Origin: Nanobdellota archaeon
GTDB lineage: Archaea; Nanobdellota; Nanobdellia; Pacearchaeales; GW2011-AR1
Direction of reading: 5' to 3'
Assembly (NCBI GenBank): GCA_024654505.1
Contig: JANLHN010000003.1
Location: 132,314 to 196,313, forward strand
Length of the DNA stretch: 64,000 nucleotides
In this document: piece by piece, positions 29,552 to 38,553 of the stretch
How positions within the stretch are numbered: position 1 is the first letter of the stretch
How the letters are laid out: each line of letters starts with the position of its first letter
Program-made: the position numbers and the translations under genes
Notes under the pieces: generated by a model
The model's input: only the letters and a program-made list of their open reading frames with translations
What the model was told of the DNA's origin: nothing
Databases searched by the model: none

Positions 29552-30340
29552 ATGAATATGAAAAATAGATTGGTTTTAGGTCTGTCTTGTCTTGTCTTGT
29601 TTTTATTGATTTCTTTGGTTTCTGCTGATTATTCTATAGATGTTTCTGGATTAAAGGAGTCCTACTCTATTGGCGAGAAAATTAGTTATAAAGTATTGTT
29701 GTTAGAAGATGGAAACCCAATTCAACAGAGTGTAGAAGTTATTTTTTCAAGTGATTTTGGCGATGAGGAGATAATTAAGAATGTAGTGTCTAATGAAAAG
29801 AATATTCTATTGGTTGAAGAAACTTTTTCTAGTCTTGGATGGCATATTAAAGCAAGTTATGGAGGCAAGGTTGTTGAACGGCCTTTTTTGATTCAGGAAA
29901 ACTCTGAAGTAGAATTTGTCATAGAAGGAAACAGTTTAATTATTAGAAATCGGGGGAATGTTAGATATACTCGAGATGTTCAAATCAAAATTGGAGATAT
30001 CACAGAGTCCTACACCCAAAATATTCCTGTTGGGGGAGAAAAGGTATGGAAATTGGTTGCTCCGGAAGGGAGTTATAATATAGAAATTACTGATGGTGTA
30101 AATAAGTTTTCTAAGAGTAATGTCCCCTTAACTAGTATAGGTACTGGTAATGCTATTGGAATGGTGAGCGAGGATTTTAGATTGACTGGACTCTTAGGAG
30201 GCCCAACAGACCCAGATAGTCTTGGAAGCTCGTTTACTCCCTTAAGAAACTATGTTGTTGTTCTAACTTTTGTTGGTGCTGTGTTTATTTTAGGAGTTTT
30301 GTTTCTTGTTGAGAAGAAATTAAAGAAGAAGAAAAAGTAA
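29552..30340 (+). CDS. Secreted protein with C-terminal TM anchor + poly-Lys tail
   Basis: A signal peptide at the N-terminus. The C-terminus ends LTFVGAVFILGVLFLVEKKLKKKKK. Confidence 0.45.
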   Translation: MNMKNRLVLGLSCLVLFLLISLVSADYSIDVSGLKESYSIGEKISYKVLLLEDGNPIQQSVEVIFSSDFGDEEIIKNVVSNEKNILLVEETFSSLGWHIKASYGGKVVERPFLIQENSEVEFVIEGNSLIIRNRGNVRYTRDVQIKIGDITESYTQNIPVGGEKVWKLVAPEGSYNIEITDGVNKFSKSNVPLTSIGTGNAIGMVSEDFRLTGLLGGPTDPDSLGSSFTPLRNYVVVLTFVGAVFILGVLFLVEKKLKKKKK

Positions 30341-30391
30341 ATTATAGTTTCTTACTAAAAGTTTATATTAGTAAAGATTATTCTAAGAATA

Positions 30392-30871
30392 ATGATAAAA
30401 AGATTTAAGAATAAAATAAAGAAACATTTTGAAGAAGTTCTTAGAATAAAGACCACTCCTAAAGAGATTGCCTTAGGTTTTGCTGTTGGAACATTCTTTG
30501 CTAATTTTCCTACATTTGGTCTCGAGTTTGTATTATTATTCCTCCTTGTTGCTATTTATAAAAAGATAAGTAAGATTTCTTTATTATTGGCTTATGTCGT
30601 TTGGAATCCTTTAATCACTTATCCATTGATTGCTATAAGTTATATAATTGGAAATGCGATTCTGGGAAATGCTCCAATGGTTTTAGTAAAATTGACGATC
30701 TTCCAAGAAGTTATTCGGTTTACTTTAAGGTATATAATTGGGAGTTTTATATTAGCAATGTTCTTTGCAATAATAAGTTATTTTGTGGTGTATTACCTCT
30801 CGAAGAAATATCAAAAAAGAGAAACCCCTATTTTACAAGTGCCCCTCCCAGATGATTTGTTTAACATTTAG
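30392..30871 (+). CDS. DUF2062-like membrane protein
   Basis: A basic N-terminus followed by three TM helices, resembling DUF2062 topology. Weak. Confidence 0.35.
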   Translation: MIKRFKNKIKKHFEEVLRIKTTPKEIALGFAVGTFFANFPTFGLEFVLLFLLVAIYKKISKISLLLAYVVWNPLITYPLIAISYIIGNAILGNAPMVLVKLTIFQEVIRFTLRYIIGSFILAMFFAIISYFVVYYLSKKYQKRETPILQVPLPDDLFNI

Positions 30872-30879
30872 AGTTGTTT

Positions 30880-32286
30880 TCAAAATGGTCTTTTTCCACC
30901 GATACAAAAATAACAAAGTTTTTCTCTGGAGATACCTAGTTTCTCAAAACCCTTCAACATTCCTTCAACAGAAAGAAATTTTACTTCTGCCCCTATTTCT
31001 TCACTAATTTCTTCATCTGTTTTCTTCCTTGATATGAAGTTGTCTGTTGGAGGCATATCTACTCCATACGAACACCCTCGAGGAACTCCATCTGAAGGGA
31101 CAATCCCTATTTTGGGAGTATAGTTAATAAAATAAATCTTCTTCACATCAACTTCTTTTTTTAAGAGTTCTATCGCTTTTTTTGAATTGTTTCCCCTAAC
31201 CGTGCTGTCATCTACTATAGCTATTGTTTTTCCTCTTAAGGATTCTTTAATATTTCTCCCATTAATCCCTGGTAGGAGAAATAAATTACTTGAGATTGAT
31301 TCCTTTCTTTCTTCAGTTGTTGAACCTAAAAAAGACCTTTCACTCCTTGTTTTGTAAAAAATGTCTATAAACTCTGCCTTTATTTCCTCTGCATATTTTC
31401 TTGCAGCAACTTCAGGACATCTAGGCAAGAAGGTTACAAAATCTACCTCTAAGGGGAATTCTTTTGCTAATTGTTCTCCCAATACTTCCCGGACCCTCCT
31501 AACACTAACCCCCTCTAGGATTGATCCCACATCTGCGATGTAATTCCATTCAAAGAAGCAATGCTTTGTTTTGTTTTCTATTATTTTTTTCTTTGAATAG
31601 TTCCCTTGTGGATGGAGGTAATAAGAATATCCAGGCTTCAAGTCATCAATGAATAATCCACCATTTTTTTTAAAGGCCACATCCTCTGAGGCTACAATGT
31701 ATTTTCCGTCTTTCCACCCCAGCGCTCCAGGTTTTATTCCCGATTGGTCTCTTAGAACTACTACTCCTTCTCCTTTTCTTGCTACGGCCAAGGTATATGC
31801 TCCAGGAATTGAAGAAAGAAGTCCTTTTTCTCCCATTTTGTTATATTTATGTAATAACCTTTCTGTGTCACAGTCTGTAGTCAATATTTCTTTGTTTATA
31901 TCACTTAGATATTCTTCTTCTACTTGACCATTGTGAACCATTACCGCATCACAATTAGTAATTATTACATGTTTTCCTCTATCTTCCAAGGTCCCCCCGA
32001 TTACTTGAGGATGTGCGTCTTGTAATATCTTGTCTTTCCTCCCCCTAGTCGCATACCTCACATGGGCCATATAGGTGTGGTAATCCTCACTTGGAAACAA
32101 GGTATAGAGGTCTTTAATGTCAAAGCGACCTACTTCCCCAGACCATTTAATCACATCAATCCTTTTGTCTCCAATGAAGGCTATGCCTGTAGCCTCTCTT
32201 CCTCTGTGCTGTAAGGACTTTATGAAAGAATAAACATCGTGGAGTGTATGGGCCACACAAAAACCACAGTTATGCCTCATCACCAT
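30880..32286 (-). CDS. purF: Amidophosphoribosyltransferase-like protein (class II glutamine amidotransferase + PRTase)
   Basis: An N-terminal Ntn-type Cys (…HNCGFCVAH). The C-terminal PRPP-binding loop is IAIVDDSTVRGNNSKK. Length 468 aa. Confidence 0.55.
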   Translation of the reverse strand: MVMRHNCGFCVAHTLHDVYSFIKSLQHRGREATGIAFIGDKRIDVIKWSGEVGRFDIKDLYTLFPSEDYHTYMAHVRYATRGRKDKILQDAHPQVIGGTLEDRGKHVIITNCDAVMVHNGQVEEEYLSDINKEILTTDCDTERLLHKYNKMGEKGLLSSIPGAYTLAVARKGEGVVVLRDQSGIKPGALGWKDGKYIVASEDVAFKKNGGLFIDDLKPGYSYYLHPQGNYSKKKIIENKTKHCFFEWNYIADVGSILEGVSVRRVREVLGEQLAKEFPLEVDFVTFLPRCPEVAARKYAEEIKAEFIDIFYKTRSERSFLGSTTEERKESISSNLFLLPGINGRNIKESLRGKTIAIVDDSTVRGNNSKKAIELLKKEVDVKKIYFINYTPKIGIVPSDGVPRGCSYGVDMPPTDNFISRKKTDEEISEEIGAEVKFLSVEGMLKGFEKLGISREKLCYFCIGGKRPF

Positions 32287-32413
32287 GGTTGGAAAAACTA
32301 ATCCCTCTTTTTAAGGATTATTGTGAAGATTTATACAATCCTCGGGTTCTTAGTCATAAAAATAAAGACTAAAATAAAAAAAATTATCTTTGGGGAGAGT
32401 TCTTAGACCTTAA

Positions 32414-32635
32414 TTATCTTCGGAAATTGTTTGGTCTAGGATTGTTCTTTTTGAAGCAATCCGTACAGAAAACATCTCTTCCTTCAGTTGGCTTGAATGG
32501 TACTTCGCATTCTTGTTTACATGAAGAACATACTGCTTTATGTTTTTCTGCAGGTCTTCTATCGAAGTCATTTCTATTATTGAAATTGCTCCTACCGCCA
32601 AAATTGCCTCTGCCTTCGGATTTTCTTTGTTCCAT
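32414..32635 (-). CDS. Small RG/N-rich zinc-ribbon protein
   Basis: CSSCKQEC...FCTDC gives a CxxC-x(n)-CxxC ribbon after an RGG/N-rich N-terminus. Confidence 0.35.
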   Translation of the reverse strand: MEQRKSEGRGNFGGRSNFNNRNDFDRRPAEKHKAVCSSCKQECEVPFKPTEGRDVFCTDCFKKNNPRPNNFRR

Positions 32636-32771
32636 ATTATACTTTTTCTCCTTTCATCTTATAGCTATCCTAGTTAGGGAAGATTTTGTTAGTTTAAAAA
32701 GGTATGTTATGGGTCTTAATTGTTTGAAAATTTTTGGGTTCTTGAAGTATTCTAAATTTCTTATTCTGTTT

Positions 32772-33590
32772 TTATAACCCTTCTGAGTCAAGATCATATA
32801 ATGTACCTGTGCACTCATAATTTGTCTCATCTTCGGTTGAAGAGTGAGCTGTTTTGTTTTCTAAATATTCTGTTTGAACAACCCAGTAGTCTAAATTGTA
32901 TTTACATGCCCCTTCTTTTCCCCCTAGATAACTGTTTTTCTCTGCAAAGTCTTTCTTGGCCTGTTCAATATCTATGTCAGTTTCCCCAGAGTCTTTGAGT
33001 TGTTGAATTAACTCGTCTGAAAAGGAAACTGTGACGTTAATAATTGTTTTATAAACTACACATCTGTCGCCATCCATCCCTTTAATTTCTTCATTAGTTT
33101 CTTGAGTTACAAACATCCCCGTTCCAAACATATCAAGGGGGACCGCACGGAAGATTCTTGCCTTTTTACATTCCTTTGATGCAAATGCGTAGCAATCATT
33201 GATTAGCTCGTCCGTGACTATTCCACAATCAACAACCCCTCCGGTCCTCTGTAGTTCAGGCGTTAATTCTGATGTATTGAGTCCTATAACTACAATAGCG
33301 TTAGACCCCTTTTCCCCTGTCATTAAAAAAAGTGCAACAATGATTCCGGCAACTACTATTGTTGCAATAATTATCCATAGCCACATTTTAGACTTATTTG
33401 AAGTTGGAGAAGACTCTTCCCTTTGTGGTGGCATTGGCTTAGATATTGAAAAGGAGATAGTTTGGCTTAATGCCCTATTTGCATCTTCAGGAGTATATCC
33501 ATTGTTTATTAACGCCTCCCTAATTTGATCAGTTGAAAATCCTTCTGTCCTTTGTTTATTTATCCAGAGCTTTAAATCGTCACTTACCAT
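32772..33590 (-). CDS. Single-pass membrane protein with extracellular Cys-rich domain
   Basis: A cytoplasmic N-terminal domain, one TM helix (WLWIIIATIVVAGIIVALFLM), and an ectodomain with six Cys. Confidence 0.4.
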   Translation of the reverse strand: MVSDDLKLWINKQRTEGFSTDQIREALINNGYTPEDANRALSQTISFSISKPMPPQREESSPTSNKSKMWLWIIIATIVVAGIIVALFLMTGEKGSNAIVVIGLNTSELTPELQRTGGVVDCGIVTDELINDCYAFASKECKKARIFRAVPLDMFGTGMFVTQETNEEIKGMDGDRCVVYKTIINVTVSFSDELIQQLKDSGETDIDIEQAKKDFAEKNSYLGGKEGACKYNLDYWVVQTEYLENKTAHSSTEDETNYECTGTLYDLDSEGL

Positions 33591-33692
33591 ATCACTCTCA
33601 AATTATACATCTTGGTGATTTAAGTTATTGTTTATATTTAAAGTTTATGGGAAATATAAAGAGTTATATAACTCATTTATCTTTGTATTTTT

Positions 33693-34868
33693 ATGGGAAT
33701 TTTTGATTTTTTGAAAAAGAAAAAGATTGAAAATACGGAACCTATTATAGAAGAAGTTTCTTTTGGAGAGATTACTGGCTGGCTTGATGGGAAAGAAAAG
33801 AGAATTAAGGAGAAAGAAGAAGATAGATTTAATTCCATAGGGGAGCAAATGAATGTCTTTTTTGAAGAAATTGATAAAAAAATAGTTATTTTGGCAAATT
33901 TTGATCTTGCTGCAAAGAAAGTTACTGAAAGAGAAAGAATAATTGTTAAGCAAGGATTTGATAATTATTTAAATCAGGTTAATGTATTTATTAAGGATAT
34001 TAAAGAAGTAAAAAGAGAAAATCTAGAGGATTTTATTAAAGATATAAATAAAATTTTTTCTATTTTTCATAAGCAGTCAAATATCTTTTACCATAGGGCA
34101 AATTATCTTATTGGAGATGAATTATTGGCAGTAAAACAAACGATTCAGGGCCTTTCAAAAGATTTTGTAGAAATTTTTAAAGGAGCTCATGCCGTGTTAA
34201 GTTCCCATAAAAATCTTGATTTGATTAGAGAGAAATTGAATGAGATTGAGTCTGTAGACAGAAATATTAAGGAGACCAAATCAGAGACTAACAAGATATC
34301 GGAAAAGATTTATGGATTAAAAGAACAGGAAGGAAAAATTTTAAGGGAGATTGGAAAAATTAAAATGAGCGATGATTATATAGAAAACCTCCAAAAAGGA
34401 GAAGTTGTGAGGAGTATTAATAAAAAATTGGAGGAATCTATTTGGAAATTAAAAGAATTGATTGATTTTAAGGCCCTAAGTAATGTATTTCATTCAGATA
34501 CTAAAACCATGGAAATAATTAAGAGATACAAAGAAAATTTTAAATCTATTTTTCAAAAAACTAAGGGGAATGATTTAATATCTTTGTTAAAAGAAGCAAA
34601 GATTGATAGCAAGCAAGTAATCATGCAAATTAAAGAGATTGGTTGTCTAAAAGAAGAAATTGTAAAAATTGGAGGGGGTCTTGTGAGAGATATTGTTGAA
34701 GACTTAATGATTGAAATTAGGTTATTAAAATCCGAAGTTGAAGATTTAGAAGGAGAAAAGGAAAAGACAAGGGGGCGTTTGGTAAAAATAGAAGAAACCA
34801 GAGATGATTTGTTAAAAGAGATTGGTGAAATGGTAAAAAATCTTGAGGGGAAGATTAAATGGGAATAA
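33693..34868 (+). CDS. Coiled-coil protein, hypothetical
   Basis: A 391-aa ORF rich in K/E heptads. Confidence 0.45.
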   Translation: MGIFDFLKKKKIENTEPIIEEVSFGEITGWLDGKEKRIKEKEEDRFNSIGEQMNVFFEEIDKKIVILANFDLAAKKVTERERIIVKQGFDNYLNQVNVFIKDIKEVKRENLEDFIKDINKIFSIFHKQSNIFYHRANYLIGDELLAVKQTIQGLSKDFVEIFKGAHAVLSSHKNLDLIREKLNEIESVDRNIKETKSETNKISEKIYGLKEQEGKILREIGKIKMSDDYIENLQKGEVVRSINKKLEESIWKLKELIDFKALSNVFHSDTKTMEIIKRYKENFKSIFQKTKGNDLISLLKEAKIDSKQVIMQIKEIGCLKEEIVKIGGGLVRDIVEDLMIEIRLLKSEVEDLEGEKEKTRGRLVKIEETRDDLLKEIGEMVKNLEGKIKWE

Positions 34869-35328
34869 TTCTTTCTGGCCAAATCTCGGTTAACTCTTGA
34901 CCGTTTAGTTCAAAAGTATTTAGTTTTCCAAAGACTTCCACTTTTCTTCCAACGTAACTACTAAGGTCTAAATTTCCTAAATAAACTTTTGTTCCATCAA
35001 TATCATAAGGTAGACATCTCATCAAGGTGGAATAAGATTTATTAGATAGTTCACAAGAGTTGTAATTTAAGATTCCTTTGAAAGATTCTTCTACTAAGAG
35101 AAGAGTTTCATATGAATTTCTATAACCCTCATCTAGAGAGGTTATATAGAGCCATTCATAAATAATGCCTGTGTAATTTGAACTATTTATTTGGGGAGGA
35201 ATTGTTTTTAGAATTTTTTCGTCCGTTCCATTATTATTTTTCTCTTTTGTTAAACTTCCCAAAGATATAATCAAAGTTATTAGGAGGATTATAGATATTA
35301 AGAGAATATAGTTATCTTTATTTTTCAT
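34855..35328 (-). CDS. Membrane-anchored secreted hypothetical protein
   Basis: An N-terminal TM helix followed by a hydrophilic domain. Confidence 0.4.
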   Translation of the reverse strand: MKNKDNYILLISIILLITLIISLGSLTKEKNNNGTDEKILKTIPPQINSSNYTGIIYEWLYITSLDEGYRNSYETLLLVEESFKGILNYNSCELSNKSYSTLMRCLPYDIDGTKVYLGNLDLSSYVGRKVEVFGKLNTFELNGQELTEIWPERIIPI

Positions 35329-35396
35329 AGTTACTTTTTCAAAAGGAAATATTTAAACTTTAGGGTTTTTTGTTAGTTTATTCTCCCTAATTGTTC

Positions 35397-35618
35397 TTAT
35401 TGGAAAATCCTCCGAACCATATTCTCTAGTCTTTTGGGTGGTCTTTTTTTACTTTCTCTTGTAGGTGGTCTTTCTAATTCTCCTAAAACCTTATTAGCCC
35501 TACAAATTAGGTAAGTAGATGCCTCGGAAGGGCTATAGCCAATTCTCCTCCTCTCATGATACAACTTCACATATTCTCTTACTCCAAAAACCATTAGAGG
35601 GTTGGCTCTTCCTTCCAT
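35397..35618 (-). CDS. Small basic ORF immediately downstream of the Cas4-like gene
   Basis: A 73-aa ORF that starts 2 nt after the upstream stop, in another frame. It may be a separate small gene or a frameshifted tail. Confidence 0.25.
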   Translation of the reverse strand: MEGRANPLMVFGVREYVKLYHERRRIGYSPSEASTYLICRANKVLGELERPPTRESKKRPPKRLENMVRRIFQ

Positions 35619-35619
35619 T

Positions 35620-36393
35620 TTATCTGTTTCCTTTAACTTTTTGAAAATAGGGACAGATGTTTTGATAGCCGCAGTAATTACATAGTTGGCTAATGCATGC
35701 AGGAAATTCTGTTGCGTTCTCTATTCTCGCGATTTTAATCATAACTTCTTCTTGCAATTTGTGGAGCTTTTCTTCCGTTGGTTCAGCAATCACTTGTTGG
35801 TTGTGAGCCAGCATATTCCAAACGAGTTTTATAGAATTGGCTTCTGGAAAATTATTCCTTGCCCAGATAGAATACATTGCAAGTTGTTTGTCATTTTCAA
35901 TTTCCCATTGTTCTTTCATTTGGGAACTTGTTTTATGATCTATAATATAATAATTACCTTCAGAATCTTTAGCAAAAAGATCAATCCGAACATGCCATTC
36001 ATTGCCATCTGGAAGAGTCATCATGTCTCTAGTCTCTAGTCCAATAATTTTTAACTTGTCAAATGGTGTGTGTTTGTCATAATAATCTAATAAGAATTTT
36101 TCTCCTTTTTTTCTATAATCGTCTGGAGTCATATATTCTTTTACAATTAAAATGTCGTCGTTGTATTCATTATCCCATAAGTTATTGTAAAATCTTATAG
36201 TTTCTTCTTTAGATAGTTTAAATAAAGTTTCAATGGTTTTGTAGAGTTTTTCTAGTGTTTGATGAACTAAATTTCCCATAAATCCTTCAATTGTTGTAGG
36301 GAAATCTGGTTTTAGCCAGTCTATATACTTCAACTTATATTGATATGGGCACTGTTCAAAAGTGCTTATTTTAGAATGGGAATATCTCGCCAT
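35620..36393 (-). CDS. Cas4/RecB-like PD-(D/E)xK nuclease with Fe-S cluster
   Basis: An N-terminal Cys (QCPYQY) plus the C-terminal CISQLCNYCGYQNIC give the four-Cys cluster typical of Cas4/AddB. The catalytic core is RIDLF...IIDHKTS (D...D-x-K). Confidence 0.6.
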   Translation of the reverse strand: MARYSHSKISTFEQCPYQYKLKYIDWLKPDFPTTIEGFMGNLVHQTLEKLYKTIETLFKLSKEETIRFYNNLWDNEYNDDILIVKEYMTPDDYRKKGEKFLLDYYDKHTPFDKLKIIGLETRDMMTLPDGNEWHVRIDLFAKDSEGNYYIIDHKTSSQMKEQWEIENDKQLAMYSIWARNNFPEANSIKLVWNMLAHNQQVIAEPTEEKLHKLQEEVMIKIARIENATEFPACISQLCNYCGYQNICPYFQKVKGNR

Positions 36394-36475
36394 GATTGTG
36401 AAAAAATCTAACCAGTATAAAAAGGTTTAGTGACCTATTTATAAAAAATAAAAAAATAAAAAAATAAAATTTTGT

Positions 36476-36712
36476 TTAGTTATGAGCTGTGCAGCATCCG
36501 TACCCTCTGTGCTTGCTCATCCTTCCGAAACCGAACAATAGTAGACCAATCAAATAGTACAATAATGCACCCCAGTTCCAAAAAAGGACCATACTTGCTA
36601 ACTGGACTTGAAAACCTGCTACTAAAAAGTAGATTCCAGCTGTCATAAGGATTATCCCCAATAATCCGGCACCGTGGTTACATGAACATTCTTCTTTTTT
36701 TGCCATCTTCAC
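36476..36712 (-). CDS. Small membrane protein with Cys pairs
   Basis: A 78-aa ORF with two TM helices, carrying CSC near the N-terminus and CC near the C-terminus. Confidence 0.35.
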   Translation of the reverse strand: MKMAKKEECSCNHGAGLLGIILMTAGIYFLVAGFQVQLASMVLFWNWGALLYYLIGLLLFGFGRMSKHRGYGCCTAHN

Positions 36713-36769
36713 CTCCTGATAAAATTAGAATAATTAACTTTATATATATTCTGATTTGATAAGATTCAT

Positions 36770-36887
36770 GCGTGGGTAGTATAAAGTAACAAACAAGTTG
36801 CTTCGAGAATACAACCCACAAATAAATCGCGTGGGTAGTATAAAGTAACGGCATAGCCGTTTCGAGAATACAACCCCCAAATAAATC
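36770..36887 (+). repeat. Two 59-nt-periodic pseudo-5'-end copies of tRNA-Gly (GCGTGGGTAGTATAAAGTAAC + spacer)
   Basis: Copies start at 36770 and 36829, and the real tRNA starts at 36888. In each copy the first 14 nt equal the tRNA 5' end, followed by AAAGTAAC instead of the D-loop. Confidence 0.7.
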
Positions 36888-36959
36888 GCGTGGGTAGTAT
36901 AGTGGTTATTATTCGACGTTGCCAACGTTGGGGCCCGGGTTCGATTCCCGGCCCGCGCA
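36888..36959 (+). tRNA. tRNA-Gly (anticodon GCC)
   Basis: A 72-nt cloverleaf with acceptor GCGTGGG/CCCGCGC. The anticodon stem is CGACG/CGTTG with loop TTGCCAA. The T arm is CCCGG-GTTCGATT-CCCGG and the discriminator is A. Confidence 0.8.
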
Positions 36960-37032
36960 TATTGGGGAATCGAACCCTGTGAGAGATTGGCCTCTGAGAG
37001 GTCTGCAACTTGTTGCCGAGGCCCGCGCATAT
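36960..37032 (+). repeat. 58-nt element plus duplicated tRNA-Gly 3' end (ggcccgcgcatat)
   Basis: The 13-nt direct repeat lies at 36950-36962 and 37020-37032. The intervening segment begins GGGGAATCGAACCC, the reverse complement of a T-arm, and contains the palindrome CCTCTGAGAGG. Confidence 0.6.
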
Positions 37033-37086
37033 CTATTTTTTATATGAAATCATTACATTTTTAAAGTTCTTTTATTTAGTTATTCA

Positions 37087-37812
37087 ATGAAAGGTGATGT
37101 TTTTTCAAAGAATAGTATTTTTTTATTAATGTTTATTCTTTTTGCTGCTGGTTATGTCATCGGAGGCCAAGTAGTTATAACAAAAGTTCCTGTTACTACT
37201 AATACACCTTTTCATAATTTAGTTAGTATCGCTGATTCTAGTGGTTTTTCTGTAGATAGTAATGCTGATAATAAAATTGATGCGGCGAATAATGCCGATT
37301 GGGCTACCAACGCTAGTAATGCTGAGAGTCTCGGTGGTGTAGTTGCTGCCAAATATGTTCGACGTGATTGTGTTTACTTAAAAGATAATACTGGAGGTAA
37401 TGCTGGCACCAATATATACAATTCAGGTAATGCCCATATTGTACCTGTCAATATTCCCTCAGGTGTTTGTGGAAATGGTTATGGTGCTCCGACCAAGTGT
37501 ACTATTGTTATGCTTACATCTAATTATGGTGGGAGTTCTGATACTGCCGTAGCAGAGTATTTCCAAAATGATGGTCTCGGTACGTGGGGAGCTATTGTGG
37601 GTGGTACGATTCGTGGTAGTGTTGCAGCTACAGGCAATTCAGGTAATAATGGCGATGGGATCAGAGATGTTATTATGAGAGATTCTCAATCTACAAAGAA
37701 GATTTTCTTGTATGATGACGATTCTTCTGAGACGAGCACCAATACCCAATGGGTTTTATCTGATAGTGATGATAACTGGGCTGTGAGTTGGGTTATGTTA
37801 TGTAACTATTAG
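37087..37812 (+). CDS. Secreted Gly/Asn/Ser-rich protein
   Basis: A signal/TM segment at the N-terminus. Low-complexity composition typical of surface proteins. Confidence 0.4.
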   Translation: MKGDVFSKNSIFLLMFILFAAGYVIGGQVVITKVPVTTNTPFHNLVSIADSSGFSVDSNADNKIDAANNADWATNASNAESLGGVVAAKYVRRDCVYLKDNTGGNAGTNIYNSGNAHIVPVNIPSGVCGNGYGAPTKCTIVMLTSNYGGSSDTAVAEYFQNDGLGTWGAIVGGTIRGSVAATGNSGNNGDGIRDVIMRDSQSTKKIFLYDDDSSETSTNTQWVLSDSDDNWAVSWVMLCNY

Positions 37813-37887
37813 TTGGGGCAGCCTTGTCTAAATGGCTTTGAAATTTACCACAATAATCCTTAATAACCTCTTATTTTTGTCTATTTT

Positions 37888-38553
37888 ATGATAGATGCTT
37901 TGATTCTCGCTGGAGAAAGAGCCATGTTCAGGCGGGCCCAGGTTCCAAAAGCCTTGATGAGAGTTAATGGAAAAGAACTAATTGCTCATCAAATTGATTA
38001 TTTAAAAGACAAGGTTTCTAGGATAATTGTTTCAACAGGTATTGGAGATTCTGCTAAGGAAATTGAAGATTTTGTTTATGAGTCTTATCCCGAATTAGCT
38101 ATTATTTGTGTCCCGGAAAATCAGCCTTTGGGGACTGCCGGAGCAATAAAAAACTGTGTGGGTGTAGTAGAAACTGATAGAGTCTTAGTTGTGAACTGTG
38201 ATGATATTTGTGATATTGATTTGGTTGAACTTGACAAACTTTTTGGAGATATTATATGTGTCCGTTCACCCCAATTACAATTTGGAATTATTAAACAAAA
38301 CTTCCCTGATGAAGAAAAGGTTCTTGGGAGATACTCTTTTGTGGAAAAGCCCATTCTTAAGGGATTATGGACTAGTTGTGGTTGGTATCTTTTGAAGAAA
38401 AAGACTATCAGGCAATTTCCAGTTAAGGGGAGTATAGAGTATAATGTATTTCCCAAACTTAATTTTAATGTTTACAAACACTTGGGAAAGTGGCACACAT
38501 TTAATACGCAGAAAGATGTTGAGGTTTTTGAAATGAATGGTGGGAAGATTTAA
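37888..38553 (+). CDS. Sugar-phosphate nucleotidyltransferase (NTP_transferase family)
   Basis: The N-terminus [16 protein letters not shown] resembles the LAGGxGxR motif of G1P nucleotidyltransferases. Confidence 0.55.
   Translation: MIDALILAGERAMFRRAQVPKALMRVNGKELIAHQIDYLKDKVSRIIVSTGIGDSAKEIEDFVYESYPELAIICVPENQPLGTAGAIKNCVGVVETDRVLVVNCDDICDIDLVELDKLFGDIICVRSPQLQFGIIKQNFPDEEKVLGRYSFVEKPILKGLWTSCGWYLLKKKTIRQFPVKGSIEYNVFPKLNFNVYKHLGKWHTFNTQKDVEVFEMNGGKI

Noticed and set aside
36740-37030. ORFs 36740..37030 and 36766..37008 (-)
   Set aside because: They span tRNA-Gly and its flanking repeats. The tRNA and repeat explanation accounts for the sequence.
36960-37032. Second tRNA on the minus strand downstream of tRNA-Gly (GGGTTCGATTCCCC core)
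   Set aside because: No acceptor-stem complementarity and no 5-bp T-stem could be formed. It was interpreted as a T-arm-derived fragment within the flanking element.
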